Shown: one piece after another, positions 18,345-26,198 of the stretch
Position numbering within the stretch: the first letter of the stretch is position 1
Layout of the letters: each line of letters opens with the position of its first letter
IMG/VR virus record: IMGVR_UViG_3300030433_001734
Coordinates: 1-57,166 of that record
Strand: one strand, 5' to 3'
DNA: 57,166 nt
DNA from: a virus
Taxonomy: Duplodnaviria > Caudoviricetes
Made by a program: the position numbers and the translations under genes
Notes under the pieces: generated by a model
What the model was told of the DNA's origin: nothing
Seen by the model: only the letters and a program-made list of their open reading frames with translations
Databases searched by the model: none

Positions 18345-18578
18345 CTACTCGGCAAGAGCAGACTGTGAATCCTGAAGCATTTGAGTAATACATTCAGTTT
18401 CTTGTGTCATTGCACGCTTGTCTTCATACGACAATTCTTCGTGTTTAATAGTATCTTCTAGAGCACTTACTAAAGTTCTAGCTAGTCTACTAAGTTTGTA
18501 ACATTTTCTATCCAATGACTTGATAGATTTATCTCTTTTCTTAAGCGCAGAGATCGCACTATTAATATCCATTTCCAT
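18345..18578 (-). CDS. Hypothetical coiled-coil protein
   Basis: 77 aa helical ORF. Confidence 0.6.
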   Translation of the reverse strand: MEMDINSAISALKKRDKSIKSLDRKCYKLSRLARTLVSALEDTIKHEELSYEDKRAMTQETECITQMLQDSQSALAE

Positions 18579-18778
18579 AACAAAAGGTATTAAGGTTTTT
18601 CCACTAACGCTATATTGTAGTAGTGGATTCTACAATGTCGTTTTCCTAAAAAGGGCAGTTTTGAGGGCTTTGAGCATTAGTATACGCTCGCGCACTCTCA
18701 AACGACCAATGTGAGTGACAAACACACAATGGCCAAGATTTAGTGAGGTTGTTTGATACGTGAGCATGAATAAAATAG

Positions 18779-18846
18779 TTGTTTAAGCCTGGATTGTGTA
18801 CAATAATTATTGCAGATGGTGGTACAAAGTATTTGTTTAAGCCTGG
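18779..18846. repeat. 14-bp direct repeat TTGTTTAAGCCTGG x2
   Basis: Exact copies at 18779-18792 and 18833-18846. Confidence 0.8.
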
Positions 18847-18852
18847 GCAACG

Positions 18853-18881
18853 AAAAGGGAACAGGCCTAAGCCTGTCCCTT
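18853..18881 (-). terminator. Intrinsic terminator
   Basis: AAGGGACAGGC-TTAG-GCCTGTTCCCTTTT directly after the stop of 18888..19253. Confidence 0.7.
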
Positions 18882-18887
18882 GAGCTT

Positions 18888-19253
18888 CTAGAACGGAGCT
18901 TCCTCTGATGAGTCAGCTTCTTCTTCGAAGTCAGCCTCCTCATCGTCTGGAGCGTAGTCCCAGGTGTCAGACGCAAAGGCCAACACATTACCTACTTGTA
19001 GGTCTGCGAGTGGCATTGGCACCTGATCTGCAAACACCGCCTTTACGCGTGTAGGTCTGCAGTCGATGACACCCTTAGGTAATGAATCATCACCTAGTCC
19101 CTGACGGAACTTGAAGAGTGTGTACTCTGTGCCGTTGGATGCAGTCTGCACTACTACTGCGTCAGTTTCTTGAGCTGAAGCCTGACCTGCTTCCTTAACC
19201 ATAGGTGCTACGATTGTAGCGTAGATGGTCGTGCTCGAATTGTCTAAAGCCAT
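18888..19253 (-). CDS. First leftward (early) gene; beta-rich protein with acidic tail ending EEAPF
   Basis: 121 aa ORF, visibly GC-richer than neighbours, own terminator. Confidence 0.7.
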   Translation of the reverse strand: MALDNSSTTIYATIVAPMVKEAGQASAQETDAVVVQTASNGTEYTLFKFRQGLGDDSLPKGVIDCRPTRVKAVFADQVPMPLADLQVGNVLAFASDTWDYAPDDEEADFEEEADSSEEAPF

Positions 19254-19436
19254 ATCAATAAGGTTTTAGATTAAGCTACCCAGAGTTGGAGATTCAATAT
19301 CTCTCTTTCAGGTACGGGGGTAGTTTCCGTCCAAAATTTAGCGGGGGAGTTTGTTTCGTAGTGGGTTAAACGCTCGATTACTTACACATTTTTTTTAATT
19401 TTCTATTTTAAAATTTTTTTTATATATTTTTTTTCG

Positions 19437-19444
19437 TAGTTTTG
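19437..19444 (+). promoter_or_regulatory. Bacteroidota sigma-A -7 element (TAGTTTTG)
   Basis: Matches TAnnTTTG; follows a long T-rich tract and precedes a structured non-coding block. Confidence 0.45.
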
Positions 19445-19680
19445 TCCCATCACCTATTATATGTATAGGGACACATCGCCAAGAGAATAAAGGGTTTAAT
19501 GAAGCGGTGCAACTACGTCTTATGTATGCACTTCTTTAAGACTGCATACGCCACCCACTTTAATTAGCGGGGAAGGACTGAGGTAGAAACTCAGTCTGGA
19601 ATGGAGCCTAAGGTGGCTCCCCCTCTCCTGAGGTTTTCTGGGAATTCGACAACACACTTGCGGGAGGGATAAGGTGTTGT
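19443..19680 (+). ncRNA. Candidate ~240-nt structured ncRNA of unknown family
   Basis: Five stems plus two possible pseudoknots in an ORF-free GC-rich block between two promoter motifs. Confidence 0.5.
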
Positions 19681-19718
19681 ATCTCTACTCATAGCTACTC
19701 AAATACTTATACATATAC

Positions 19719-19749
19719 TTGCATACTAAATTTAAATATTATATATTTG
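19719..19749 (+). promoter_or_regulatory. Bacteroidota-type promoter (TTG-N20-TATATTTG)
   Basis: TTG at 19719, TATATTTG at 19742-19749, 25 nt before the first rightward gene. Confidence 0.7.
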
Positions 19750-19774
19750 TAAAGTATAACTATATAAATATATA

Positions 19775-20146
19775 ATGAAGAGAGTAAAGAAAGAAGTTCT
19801 AAAAAGTGCTGACTTTTACCCGAAATATCTTAAATTGATTAATGTGATCTTACCAGATCCGTTAACTCAACGAGAGATAGATGTGCTATCTGCCTTCATG
19901 AGTTTGAAGGGGGATTTAGTGGAGTTAGATAGGTTCGGCACACAAGCAAGAACTGTAGTACGTAAGAGACTAGGTTTTAAAACTCATTCTAATTTAGATA
20001 ACTATATTAAGTACTTTAAGAACAAGGGGGTTTTAGTGTCCAATCCTAAAACTAAAAAACTAGAACTAAACAAAAGAATAGAGATTCCTAAGAATGAGAA
20101 GGAGGTTTCTTTGTCATTTGTTTTTAATATAAAAGATCATGAGTAA
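19775..20146 (+). CDS. Winged HTH DNA-binding protein
   Basis: LTQREIDVL...VRKRLG.....LDNYIKYFKNKGVL. Confidence 0.6.
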   Translation: MKRVKKEVLKSADFYPKYLKLINVILPDPLTQREIDVLSAFMSLKGDLVELDRFGTQARTVVRKRLGFKTHSNLDNYIKYFKNKGVLVSNPKTKKLELNKRIEIPKNEKEVSLSFVFNIKDHE

Positions 20147-20369
20147 TATAGAGCAAGATACAACGATAGAAGATCATATCAATATACTACTGAGGGATTT
20201 TGTGTTCAAATATGAAGAACGCCCTGAATTAGTAGTATTAGATATAGGATCTGCTTCTGCATTAAAAGAAGAGTTAGGGTTATCTGCATTAGATGAATTG
20301 AAGCGATACTCAGGGATGGATGTTGCTTTCGTAATGGACAGCGATGGACAAACAATCAAGTTTTATTAA
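20139..20369 (+). CDS. Hypothetical protein
   Basis: 76 aa ORF in operon. Confidence 0.55.
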   Translation: MSNIEQDTTIEDHINILLRDFVFKYEERPELVVLDIGSASALKEELGLSALDELKRYSGMDVAFVMDSDGQTIKFY

Positions 20370-20634
20370 AGACTTAAGTAAGAAGTATGACCTACCTGAG
20401 ATTGTAGTTCGTACTGCTGTAAGATCTCAGTTTGGATTTGTAAAAGAATCTATAGAAAAGAAAGATCCAGAGGGGGTTTTATTGCATTCCTTTGGAACAT
20501 TTAGAATAAAACGAGGCCGTGTGCATGGATTAATTAAAGGATATGTAAGAGGTCTTCGAAAAAAAATGGGCAAAGATTTGAATTTAATAAAAAAAATTAA
20601 GTATCTTTGGTCCATAAGAAATAAAGTTTATTAA
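20344..20634 (+). CDS. HU/IHF-like DNA-binding protein
   Basis: IKDLSKKYDL...VLLHSFGTFRIK signature. Confidence 0.65.
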   Translation: MDKQSSFIKDLSKKYDLPEIVVRTAVRSQFGFVKESIEKKDPEGVLLHSFGTFRIKRGRVHGLIKGYVRGLRKKMGKDLNLIKKIKYLWSIRNKVY

Positions 20635-20635
20635 A

Positions 20636-20848
20636 ATGCCAGTAGATGCACAAGAAATGGCTAAGCGATTCTACGAGAGTATGAAAGCAGCCCAACAGAA
20701 AGACCTAGCAGATCTAATTGATGATCAACAAGAACTTTCTGAAAAAGAAAACCAACCAACTGTAGATCTTAGTTCAAAAATTTTAGAACAAGCTAAGAGA
20801 CTACATGATACTGAAATTATTATTAATCAAATTGAAAAATTAAAATGA
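20636..20848 (+). CDS. Hypothetical protein
   Basis: 70 aa ORF in operon. Confidence 0.55.
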   Translation: MPVDAQEMAKRFYESMKAAQQKDLADLIDDQQELSEKENQPTVDLSSKILEQAKRLHDTEIIINQIEKLK

Positions 20849-21105
20849 CAACAGAAGCAACGGTTGGACCAGCACCAACAATGAATCCTCAAGGAGGACA
20901 GTTTGTAACGCCAGAACAAATGGCAGAACACAAAGAAGCAACAGAATTTGCAAAACATGCGCAAATATCTGAATTAAAAATGAGAAAAGCAGGGATTATC
21001 CTGCAGTCTTTATCAATAGGAGGAGATGTAGTTACACCTTTGTTTGATAAAAAAACTCGTAAAGAGTTAGAAGACAAAGTAGCTAATATATTAAAAGATC
21101 TATAA
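20845..21105 (+). CDS. Hypothetical protein
   Basis: 86 aa ORF, ATGA coupled. Confidence 0.6.
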   Translation: MTTEATVGPAPTMNPQGGQFVTPEQMAEHKEATEFAKHAQISELKMRKAGIILQSLSIGGDVVTPLFDKKTRKELEDKVANILKDL

Positions 21106-21356
21106 TGAACGGAATTAAAAATAGAGTAGTAACAGAGGATACTATACAAATGACGTTTTGTGCAAATTGCAAAAACTGTCCTGCAGTAGACATGACTCTA
21201 GAATCTAACGAAGTAATTGTTGGAGGAGAAGAGGAAGGGTTTACATCATTCACAAAAGAGCAATTTAAGCTTTTTATTGAAGAGGCAAAAGCAGGTACGT
21301 TTGACGAAATGCTAAAAGACGTCAATATAAACTGCGATACAGATGGGAGTATTTAA
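21105..21356 (+). CDS. Small Cys-containing protein, DUF397-like C-terminus
   Basis: CANCKNCPAV...FTKEQFKLFIEEAKAGTFD. Confidence 0.45.
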   Translation: MNGIKNRVVTEDTIQMTFCANCKNCPAVDMTLESNEVIVGGEEEGFTSFTKEQFKLFIEEAKAGTFDEMLKDVNINCDTDGSI

Positions 21357-21669
21357 GAATATAGTTGACGGATGGTCTAATTATTATAAGGCGATCAGTG
21401 AAGAAGGTTTACCAGATGAGATTCAGGCAATAGCAGACTCTCGTGCAGAGATCTGTGGTGAGTGTCCTGAGCTTGTGCCGTCAGGCGTCTGGAAAATTTT
21501 CGACCGATTGCTTCCTGATGGCAGGACTATCAAGCAACGCTCGACTGCTATAGCAGAAACAGATAAAGACAAAGAGGTACACAGAGGATATAAGTGTGGA
21601 CAGTGCGGCTGTGCGTTTCCACAGAACGTATATGCTCCAGAAAAAAAGTGCCCATTAGGTAAATGGTAA
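21343..21669 (+). CDS. Zinc-binding protein
   Basis: RAEICGECP...CGQCGC...CPLGKW. Confidence 0.65.
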   Translation: MGVFKNIVDGWSNYYKAISEEGLPDEIQAIADSRAEICGECPELVPSGVWKIFDRLLPDGRTIKQRSTAIAETDKDKEVHRGYKCGQCGCAFPQNVYAPEKKCPLGKW

Positions 21670-21679
21670 AAAATAACAA

Positions 21680-21955
21680 ATGGTAACAGAATTAAAATTA
21701 ACAGGAGATAATATTTTAGTCTATGTAGAGCCTCCAAAAAAGGAAACTGCATCAGGACTTATAGTATCAGAAGAAGTAGCAAGAGAAACTTCAGAATTAT
21801 ACGGAGAAGTTAAAGCAGTAGGTCCTACAGTAAAAGACTTTATAGTAGGCGATAAAGTATTATTACCTCCTCATGGTAGTACACCGACAGTATATAAAGA
21901 TACGGTATATCATGTATTTAAGGAATTTAGTTTATTCGCTAAAATAGAAGAATAA
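21680..21955 (+). CDS. groES: Co-chaperonin GroES (Cpn10)
   Basis: GDNILV, mobile loop ETASGLIV, GEVKAVGP, VGDKVL. Confidence 0.85.
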   Translation: MVTELKLTGDNILVYVEPPKKETASGLIVSEEVARETSELYGEVKAVGPTVKDFIVGDKVLLPPHGSTPTVYKDTVYHVFKEFSLFAKIEE

Positions 21956-22170
21956 TGACAGAAAAAGATTCTCATATAGTTGAGGTCACTGTTAAATCGG
22001 ATTGCGCTGAAATAGTACAGGCTTTTATTTATGGATATTTCGGAGAAAATTGTAATGTAGACAGAAATCCTGAGGCAACATTTAAACTTGTAGTTAAAAA
22101 TGACGAATTAGATTACGAGTTAGGACTAACTAGAGAGAAAGACATAGAACAAGAAAGTGAATTTATTTGA
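21955..22170 (+). CDS. Hypothetical protein
   Basis: 71 aa ORF in operon. Confidence 0.55.
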   Translation: MTEKDSHIVEVTVKSDCAEIVQAFIYGYFGENCNVDRNPEATFKLVVKNDELDYELGLTREKDIEQESEFI

Positions 22171-22705
22171 TTTACAATCCAGGCAAGTGGTCATATCGCC
22201 TGCAGCTCTCTTAATTCCTGAATTTAGGGAGCTGTGGGATCGTGACCAATCTGAAGATAAAGAAAAAGCATTAGCAGAACTTAGCTATGTGTATTTCGTA
22301 TCAGACTATAAATCAGTTTATAGATCTGGAATCTCAGAAGGTGAGTTGCATGCTGTTGTTGCTAAGGACTTTTTAAAGGATGAGGCTTACGAGCCTTGTC
22401 CCCAAGTCCGATCTGCAATGCATAAGTATATGCAACTACAAGAAACTCCTTCAATGAGACTACTTCAGGCATCGTTAAGTACAGTAGACAAGTTAACTGA
22501 CTACTTACAACATGTTGATCTTACAGAAAGAGACAACAACGATAAACCCGTGTATAAGCCGAGTGATATAACAAATTCTTTGAAATCGATTGGTGGTATT
22601 GTAGAGTCTTTACATAAAGTAAGGTCTCAGGTAGAAAAAGAGCAACAACAATCTGGAGCTTTAAGAGGCCAGAGGATGAAAGGTAACAGAGAAGATCCAA
22701 ATTAA
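22157..22705 (+). CDS. Conserved crAss-like helical protein (possible terminase small subunit)
   Basis: 182 aa, GTG start, upstream of TerL; function inferred from position only. Confidence 0.4.
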   Translation: MNLFDLQSRQVVISPAALLIPEFRELWDRDQSEDKEKALAELSYVYFVSDYKSVYRSGISEGELHAVVAKDFLKDEAYEPCPQVRSAMHKYMQLQETPSMRLLQASLSTVDKLTDYLQHVDLTERDNNDKPVYKPSDITNSLKSIGGIVESLHKVRSQVEKEQQQSGALRGQRMKGNREDPN

Positions 22706-22710
22706 AAATT

Positions 22711-23178
22711 ATGAAAAATATAAGTAAACACATAAGTTACAAAGAAGCAACTACAAGCGCAACAGGTCTTAGATTAGGATTAGATAATACTCCTAACGAA
22801 GAACAATTAAAATGCATGAGAGACATAGCAGAAGGTTTATTTGAACCTTTAAGAGAGTGGGTAGGAGGACCTATTAAAATTACTAGTATGTTTAGAGGGA
22901 GACCTGTAAACACAGCTATAGGTGGATCTAAAAACTCACAACATATGAAGGGTCAGGCTTTAGATTTAGATGATACTTTTAAGCATAAAACAAATGCTGA
23001 GATGTATCATTATATAAAGGATAACTTAGATTTTGATCAACTTATCTGGGAGTTTGGTGATGACGAGAATCCTAACTGGATTCATGTTAGCTATGTAACA
23101 CATAGACCAAATAGAAAGAAGCTAACAGTTGCGCTAAGAAAAAATGGCAAAACTGTTTATGAACATAGAGCAAAATAA
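22711..23178 (+). CDS. Peptidase M15A family Zn peptidase, probable endolysin
   Basis: SMFR...N..IGG...SQHMKGQALD...WIHVS. Confidence 0.85.
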   Translation: MKNISKHISYKEATTSATGLRLGLDNTPNEEQLKCMRDIAEGLFEPLREWVGGPIKITSMFRGRPVNTAIGGSKNSQHMKGQALDLDDTFKHKTNAEMYHYIKDNLDFDQLIWEFGDDENPNWIHVSYVTHRPNRKKLTVALRKNGKTVYEHRAK

Positions 23179-23199
23179 TAATTACTAAAAACAACAACA

Positions 23200-23661
23200 A
23201 TGGCAACAACAAAAGGAAAATTTACACTCACCTCTACAGATTTAGTAAGTGATTCTATTAATTTTTATGTAGAAAAATCTTTTAACAAAGCTCCTTACGG
23301 AGATGGCTGTAATGCAACTACAGGATTAATGAGAGTAGCAATTGCAGCAGGAGGAACATATGCAATTCAAGCTACTGATAAAGGAGTATTGAGATCAACT
23401 GCAGTAACTACTCCAGGAACAAACTTTTATAAGAACTATTTATACGTTAAAAACGTAGAAACAGATAACGTTACTTTAAAAATAAAGTTAGACGGATCTA
23501 CATATCAACCAGCAATAGAAGGTTCTGCTCCGTGTGATTTTGTGATAGGTATGTTAGAAAAAGATGATTGGATGATGATCCCTTGGGCAGGAAATATAGA
23601 TATAGTATTTTCTGCAACTACTTCAGCAGAGTGTCTAATGGAATATATGATTATAAACTAA
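23200..23661 (+). CDS. Probable virion protein; paralog of 46625 and 47003 genes
   Basis: Shared MAT...TLTS.D/N..SD start and L....W...PW...E(Y/W) end. Confidence 0.55.
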   Translation: MATTKGKFTLTSTDLVSDSINFYVEKSFNKAPYGDGCNATTGLMRVAIAAGGTYAIQATDKGVLRSTAVTTPGTNFYKNYLYVKNVETDNVTLKIKLDGSTYQPAIEGSAPCDFVIGMLEKDDWMMIPWAGNIDIVFSATTSAECLMEYMIIN

Positions 23662-23801
23662 TGGCACGAAGAGTAGGAGTCGGAGCGGTTTATGAAAAAC
23701 CTGCAAGGAGAAAAAGGCCTGGCGTACACGCTAAGAGCAAGACATCTAATTCAAAAAATTCTAAAAACTATCAAAAAAAATATCGTGGACAAGGAAAATA
23801 G
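23661..23801 (+). CDS. Small highly basic protein (46 aa)
   Basis: MARRVGVGAVYEKPARRKRPGVHAKSKTSNSKNSKNYQKKYRGQGK; TAATG coupling gives the start. Confidence 0.65.
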   Translation: MARRVGVGAVYEKPARRKRPGVHAKSKTSNSKNSKNYQKKYRGQGK

Positions 23802-23817
23802 TGAAGTAAAAAAATTA

Positions 23818-24111
23818 ATGGAAAATGAAAGAGCATTACACATGGCAATGCATAATGCTTTTTTATTAATAACAGGACGTAGATCTTATGAAGATTTTGA
23901 AAATCTTGAAGGATTTTGGTTACCTGAAGGCTTTCATGAACTTGAATCTATAGATAATATTATGGAATATTATATAGAGAAAGAAGATTATGAAAAATGT
24001 GCAGAACTTAGAGATATAAAAGCAAAGATAGCAAGGAAAGAAGCAACAAATAATCTCAGTCATTTATTCAAGACTACTCAATGGAAGATAGACACAGACG
24101 ATCAGATATAA
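23818..24111 (+). CDS. UvrB/UvrC-motif (UVR) protein
   Basis: YIEKEDYEKCAELRD; start moved to MENER to avoid overlap. Confidence 0.6.
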   Translation: MENERALHMAMHNAFLLITGRRSYEDFENLEGFWLPEGFHELESIDNIMEYYIEKEDYEKCAELRDIKAKIARKEATNNLSHLFKTTQWKIDTDDQI

Positions 24112-26150
24112 TCATTGCACAGCCTTGGGAAGATTTAGAAAAATATAAAGATAATCCTGTACGACATACAGAACAAGATTATTTAAAGTTTGTTAATACT
24201 GAAGTTTTCAGTCAGACTTCTAAATATTTCTTAAAGCATGGCGTATATACTCATGCCCCTATGGGAACTTCTGAGTATATAGAGTTCTGGGATGAAGAAG
24301 AAAAAAGATGTAAAGAAGGATACACTGTAGGAGGTGTACGTATTACAGGAGAACACTATGCTTATCTAAACTTTGGTCGTATATTAGCTACTGTTACAGA
24401 AGGTAAGCGACAAAGAAAAGTTGACACATTCCCTAAGTTTCTAGACATGGATTACTACTGGTATCATGAGCTAGAAAAGGCTGAACAAAACGGTGAAGGT
24501 ATGATCGTTGTAAAAGCCAGACGTAAGGGATTCTCTTATAAAAATGCTTTTGGAATGGCGTGGAAATACAACTGGTTTCCTTATTCTATTTCTATATTAG
24601 CAGCATTCGAAAAAACTTTCTGGGCAAATACAATGGAGATGACTAAGAATATGGTCAACTTCTTAAATGAACATACAGACTGGGCTAAAGGATTTTTGCA
24701 TGATAGACAAGATTCATTTAAATCAGGATATGTAGAGAAAGATAAAATCTCAGGTATTAATATTGAAAAAGGTTACAAGTCTGAAGTACTAGCACTATCT
24801 TTTAAAGACTCTCCTCAAAAATCTGTAGGTCGTACTGCAGAGCGAATGTTATTTGAGGAAGCGGGAGATTGGCCAGGACTATTACAAGCATATCAGCGTT
24901 CTTATCCGCTATTTAAAGATGGTAACATTATGATTGGTATTCCCATCATATATGGAACAGGGGGTAATAATAAAAATGGTACAAACGCTGACTTTGAAGA
25001 AATGTTTTACAATCCTTCTGCATATGGCTTACGATCATATGAAAACATATACGATGAAAATGCAATCGGAGAAGCAGGATGGTTTGTAGATGACGCGTGG
25101 TACAGAGAGCCTTTTATAGATAAACAAGGAAATGCTTTACGAGAAAAAGCAATAGAAGATATAGATCTAGAAAGAGAAGAAAAGAAAAAAGCAGATCCAA
25201 ACGCATATAATATGATGGTGACCCAGCACCCTCATACTCCTAAAGAAGCTTTCTTAAGGAACGAAGGATCTATATTTCCTACAGTAGAATTATATAATGT
25301 GCTAGCAAAATTAAAGTCAGACGATAGATATAAAAAGCTAGGAACAGCAGGAGAACTATATGAAGAAGAAGGAGAAGTAAGATTTAAACCAGACTTAGCT
25401 AAGAAGCTATTTCCTATTATAAAACACCCTCATAGTGTTAAAGATCCGCAAGAAGGTTGTGTTGTAGTATATCAACATCCTCCTGAAGATATTCCTTTTG
25501 GATTGTATAAAATAGGACTTGACCCTGTAGCGTTTGATAAATCAGGAAGTAAATCTTTAAACGCGTGTTACGTATACAAATCATATCAAAAATTTGATTA
25601 TGGATATGATGAAATTGTAGCAGAGTATGTAGGACGTCCAGATAATATTGAAATTTATAATAGAAATTTAGAGCTATTATCTGAGTATTATGGAGGAGCA
25701 CAAATTATGTTTGAGAACGACAGGGGAGAAGTCTTGTCGTATTTTAAACGAAGAGGCAAGCTTGGTTTATTAGCAGATCAGCCTGATAATGTTATCTCTA
25801 AAGTGATACAAAAATCAACTGTATCTCGTATAAAAGGATGTCATATGAATGACAAAATGAAAGATGCAGGAGAAAAATTTATACTAAGATGGTTGTGGAC
25901 AGAACGAGGTCAAAGAGAAGATGGAAGTAAAATATATAACATGGATCTTATACCTTCGTCAGGATTATTAGAAGAATTAATACAATATCATAGGTTAGGA
26001 AACTTCGATAGGGTTATGGCATTTATGCAGCTTATGTTCTCAATAGAGGAGCGATATGACGCTGAAATACTAGAACAACCCGCAAATAATCAGTCTGCAG
26101 ACTACTTAATAACTAATATAAGTAAAATGTTTGGTCGAAAACGTAGGTAA
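24081..26150 (+). CDS. terL: Terminase large subunit
   Basis: KARRKGFS Walker A, LFEEAG Walker B, YGTGG, nuclease GLDPV and GNFDRVMA. Confidence 0.93.
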   Translation: MEDRHRRSDIIIAQPWEDLEKYKDNPVRHTEQDYLKFVNTEVFSQTSKYFLKHGVYTHAPMGTSEYIEFWDEEEKRCKEGYTVGGVRITGEHYAYLNFGRILATVTEGKRQRKVDTFPKFLDMDYYWYHELEKAEQNGEGMIVVKARRKGFSYKNAFGMAWKYNWFPYSISILAAFEKTFWANTMEMTKNMVNFLNEHTDWAKGFLHDRQDSFKSGYVEKDKISGINIEKGYKSEVLALSFKDSPQKSVGRTAERMLFEEAGDWPGLLQAYQRSYPLFKDGNIMIGIPIIYGTGGNNKNGTNADFEEMFYNPSAYGLRSYENIYDENAIGEAGWFVDDAWYREPFIDKQGNALREKAIEDIDLEREEKKKADPNAYNMMVTQHPHTPKEAFLRNEGSIFPTVELYNVLAKLKSDDRYKKLGTAGELYEEEGEVRFKPDLAKKLFPIIKHPHSVKDPQEGCVVVYQHPPEDIPFGLYKIGLDPVAFDKSGSKSLNACYVYKSYQKFDYGYDEIVAEYVGRPDNIEIYNRNLELLSEYYGGAQIMFENDRGEVLSYFKRRGKLGLLADQPDNVISKVIQKSTVSRIKGCHMNDKMKDAGEKFILRWLWTERGQREDGSKIYNMDLIPSSGLLEELIQYHRLGNFDRVMAFMQLMFSIEERYDAEILEQPANNQSADYLITNISKMFGRKRR

Positions 26151-26166
26151 TTAAACTTTTTTTAAT

Positions 26167-26174
26167 TATCTTTG
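26167..26174 (+). promoter_or_regulatory. Bacteroidota -7 promoter element (TATCTTTG)
   Basis: TAnnTTTG 24 nt upstream of the portal ATG. Confidence 0.6.
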
Positions 26175-26198
26175 TAAGTACCGTTTATATATACTATT

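Noticed and set aside
10282-26150. Inteins or self-splicing introns in polA or terL
   Set aside because: Both ORFs are continuous, of ordinary length, and show no intein or homing-endonuclease motifs
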